Assembly: GCA_018221135.1 (NCBI GenBank)
Contig: JAAOYB010000009.1
Coordinates: 1 to 56,477, forward strand
DNA: 56,477 bases
Direction of reading: 5' to 3'
DNA from: Candidatus Woesearchaeota archaeon
GTDB taxonomy: Archaea; Nanobdellota; Nanobdellia; Woesearchaeales; BM511
In this document: piece by piece, positions 54,838 to 56,477 of the stretch
How positions within the stretch are numbered: the first letter of the stretch is position 1
Layout: the number at the start of each line of letters is the position of its first letter
Made by a program: the position numbers and the translations under genes
The notes under the pieces: model-generated
What the model was told of the DNA's origin: nothing
The model's input: the letters and a program-made list of their open reading frames with translations, nothing else
Database searches by the model: none

Positions 54838-55239
54838 ATGGCTAAAAAATTTTTGATGTTAACAACACTACTAATCCTATCGTTTTTTTTAGTTGGTTGC
54901 GCCTCGCAAAGCCAAGAAGTACAAAAACAAGAAAACAAAGAAAACACTAATGTAGTAGTACAAGAAGAAATAACGAGTACTGCGCCGCCATTACCTAACC
55001 CTCCTATTAGTAGAGAAGCACTCTCACAACACAATAATGTTGATGATTGCTGGGTTGTGTACCAACAAGAAGTATATGACATCACAAACTACTTGCCAGA
55101 GCACCCTGGTTCAAGCGCTGCTATAGAGCCGTTCTGCGGGTCTTACGAAGACTTCGAAAACGTTTTTACTGGTAAGCACGGAACAAGCAAAGTAAAAACT
55201 TTAATGAATCAAGGAATAAGAATAGGAACACTAAAATAA
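54838..55239 (+). CDS. Putative lipoprotein with a cytochrome b5-like heme-binding domain
   Basis: The signal peptide ends in the lipobox-like LVGC. It is followed by LSQHNNVDDCWVVYQQEVYDITNYLPEHPGS, typical of the cyt b5 fold. GGAGGG lies upstream of the ATG. Confidence 0.55.
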   Translation: MAKKFLMLTTLLILSFFLVGCASQSQEVQKQENKENTNVVVQEEITSTAPPLPNPPISREALSQHNNVDDCWVVYQQEVYDITNYLPEHPGSSAAIEPFCGSYEDFENVFTGKHGTSKVKTLMNQGIRIGTLK

Positions 55240-55244
55240 AAAAG

Positions 55245-56429
55245 TTATAAAGCTTTGAATGCAACCGCTTCTTTACTTTTTTCTTTGCCTACTTTTTTAT
55301 TAAGACCTAATAATTTTTTAGAATCCAAAACAATAATTAATCTTTCACCTATAACGATTACTTTAGTTATGTAATCACTACCAATTTTTTGAGTGATGAC
55401 TGCAGGAGGGTCTTGGATGCTGCGTTCATCAACTCTTAAAACTTGGAAAACAGCGTCTATTATCAAACCGATAACTTGACCTTCGTTCTCAACAACTATG
55501 ATCCTGGTATTATTTCCGTAAGGAGCAGCTTGTAAACTAAGTTTTTTTGCTAGGTTAACAACTGTGTGAACTCTTCCTCTAAGATTAATCACGCCTTCAA
55601 CATAAGATTCGCAATTAGGAATCCTGGTGAGCTCAGGAACCTTAATTATTTCTAATACTTCATTAATAGATAAAGCGAATTCTTCATCGCCAACTAAGAA
55701 TATTACGTATTGTTTTCCATCTGTTACTTTACTGTCAAGTTTTTGAGCTTCAGCGATTTTTTTTGCGATTCTTTTCTCAAAATCATAAACCTCTTTTTTA
55801 TCACCTTCGCTTTTAGGTGCTTCAGCAGAGGCTTTCGTTGCTTGCTCTGTTGGCTTTGCTTCTTCTTCTGGTTTTTCTTCGCTTTGGCTAGGAGTTTCTG
55901 GTTTTGTAGGGGTTGGTTCAGTAGACGGCGCAACTTCTGTTGTTTCCTCGCTAGGCGTTGGTGCTGCTTCAACAGGTGTTTCTTCTATTTTAGCTTCTTC
56001 AACAGTTGGGGTTTCTTCTTCTTCTGGTTTTTCTTTGCTAGGAGCGGTTTCTTGTATTGGTGTTTCCTCTGTTTTTGGCTCGTCAACTTTTTGTTCTGTT
56101 GCGTCCTCGCTAGGCGTTGGTGTTGCTTCAACAGGTGTTTCTTCTATTTTAGCTTCCTCAACAGTTGGGGTTTCTACTGCTAGTTGCTCAGCAGGGACTT
56201 CTGCTAGGGTCTCAGCAGGTTGTGCTTCTTCTTCTGGTTTTTCTTCGCTTTGGCTAGGAGTTTCTGGTTGTGCAGGAGTTGGGTCAGTAGACGGTGCAAC
56301 TTCTGGTTTTGGAGCTTCTTCTTTTACTTCTGGCTCAACTACTTTTTCTTTAGGCTCAGAATTAAGAATGTTAGTCTTTTCTTCTAAAACAGGTTCAGAA
56401 ATATCTTTGTCACCACTTTTTTTATGCAT
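55245..56429 (-). CDS. cheW: CheW-domain protein with a ~240-aa acidic P/E/T-rich repeat N-terminus
   Basis: C-terminal CheW core QYVIFLVGDEEFALSINEVLEIIKVPELTRIPNCESYVEGVINLRGRVHTVVNL. The N-terminus holds duplicated blocks TPTVEEAKIEETPVEA.PTPSE and VAPST.PTP..PETPSQSEEKPEEEA.P. Confidence 0.8.
   Translation of the reverse strand: MHKKSGDKDISEPVLEEKTNILNSEPKEKVVEPEVKEEAPKPEVAPSTDPTPAQPETPSQSEEKPEEEAQPAETLAEVPAEQLAVETPTVEEAKIEETPVEATPTPSEDATEQKVDEPKTEETPIQETAPSKEKPEEEETPTVEEAKIEETPVEAAPTPSEETTEVAPSTEPTPTKPETPSQSEEKPEEEAKPTEQATKASAEAPKSEGDKKEVYDFEKRIAKKIAEAQKLDSKVTDGKQYVIFLVGDEEFALSINEVLEIIKVPELTRIPNCESYVEGVINLRGRVHTVVNLAKKLSLQAAPYGNNTRIIVVENEGQVIGLIIDAVFQVLRVDERSIQDPPAVITQKIGSDYITKVIVIGERLIIVLDSKKLLGLNKKVGKEKSKEAVAFKAL
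55858..56305. repeat. Two pairs of near-identical DNA repeats in mirror order A-B...B-A inside the CheW-domain gene
   Basis: Repeat A is 82 nt (55858-55939 and 56224-56305) with 5 mismatches by my alignment. Repeat B is 72 nt (55945-56016 and 56104-56175) with 2 mismatches. Confidence 0.8.
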
Positions 56430-56453
56430 TAAGTATAAAAAATTTGAAAAAAA

Positions 56454-56466
56454 CTATATAAACTTT
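56454..56466 (-). promoter_or_regulatory. BRE/TATA box for the repeat-bearing CheW gene
   Basis: The reverse complement reads AAAGTTTATATAG. Its proximal end is 25 nt upstream of the start at 56429. Confidence 0.45.
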
Positions 56467-56477
56467 ACTAAAAAAAA

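Noticed and set aside
55710-56183. Plus-strand 157-aa ORF and the minus-strand out-of-frame 82-aa ORF (55724..55972).
   Set aside because: Both lie inside the repeat region of the CheW-domain gene. Their F/C/W-rich or K/Q-rich translations are by-products of the GAA/CCA-rich repeat in the alternative frames.

Overview
AT-rich archaeal chromosome segment. The archaeal assignment rests on a tRNA intron with a textbook bulge-helix-bulge motif, on NucS, archaeal SepF, RNase P Rpp21, a NIP7 homolog and a Dph2 remnant, and on BRE/TATA-like AAAG(G)TTTATATA boxes about 25 nt upstream of many start codons. Gene packing is tight with frequent ATGA start/stop overlaps. A small-genome uncultivated (DPANN-like) archaeon is my inference only. 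Positions 1-21 kb are mostly housekeeping: CheC, NucS, PGI/PMI, SepF, a GalE/GT4 surface-glycan block, Ham1, a Cas4-like nuclease, a ThiF/ThiI-like pair, acylphosphatase, M29 aminopeptidase, a permease, an intron-containing tRNA-Val, a NIP7 homolog, Rpp21 and a RecJ-like DHH protein. Positions 21-52 kb are the interesting part and form an uninterrupted accessory locus. A minus-strand run of 12 co-directional genes goes MCP, CheW, CheC-like, a PAS fragment, a truncated CheC-like gene, a P-loop-less KaiC-like protein, wHTH, a 702-aa KaiC-like ATPase, a 503-aa membrane coiled-coil protein, wHTH, a 3684-aa giant surface protein and a 1756-aa giant surface protein. It diverges from a plus-strand cheY-cheY-cheB-cheA-cheC-cheD operon, followed by hypF, a cytochrome b5-like lipoprotein and a repeat-bearing CheW. 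No cheR, cheF or archaellum genes, CRISPR arrays, transposases or integrases are visible in the window. My main hypothesis is that this is a chemosensory/KaiC-like signalling module physically coupled to giant, hyper-glycosylatable modular adhesins. Two paralogous wHTH proteins with palindromic operator-like sites would control it. All functional calls come from motif-level reading of the translations, since no database search was possible.
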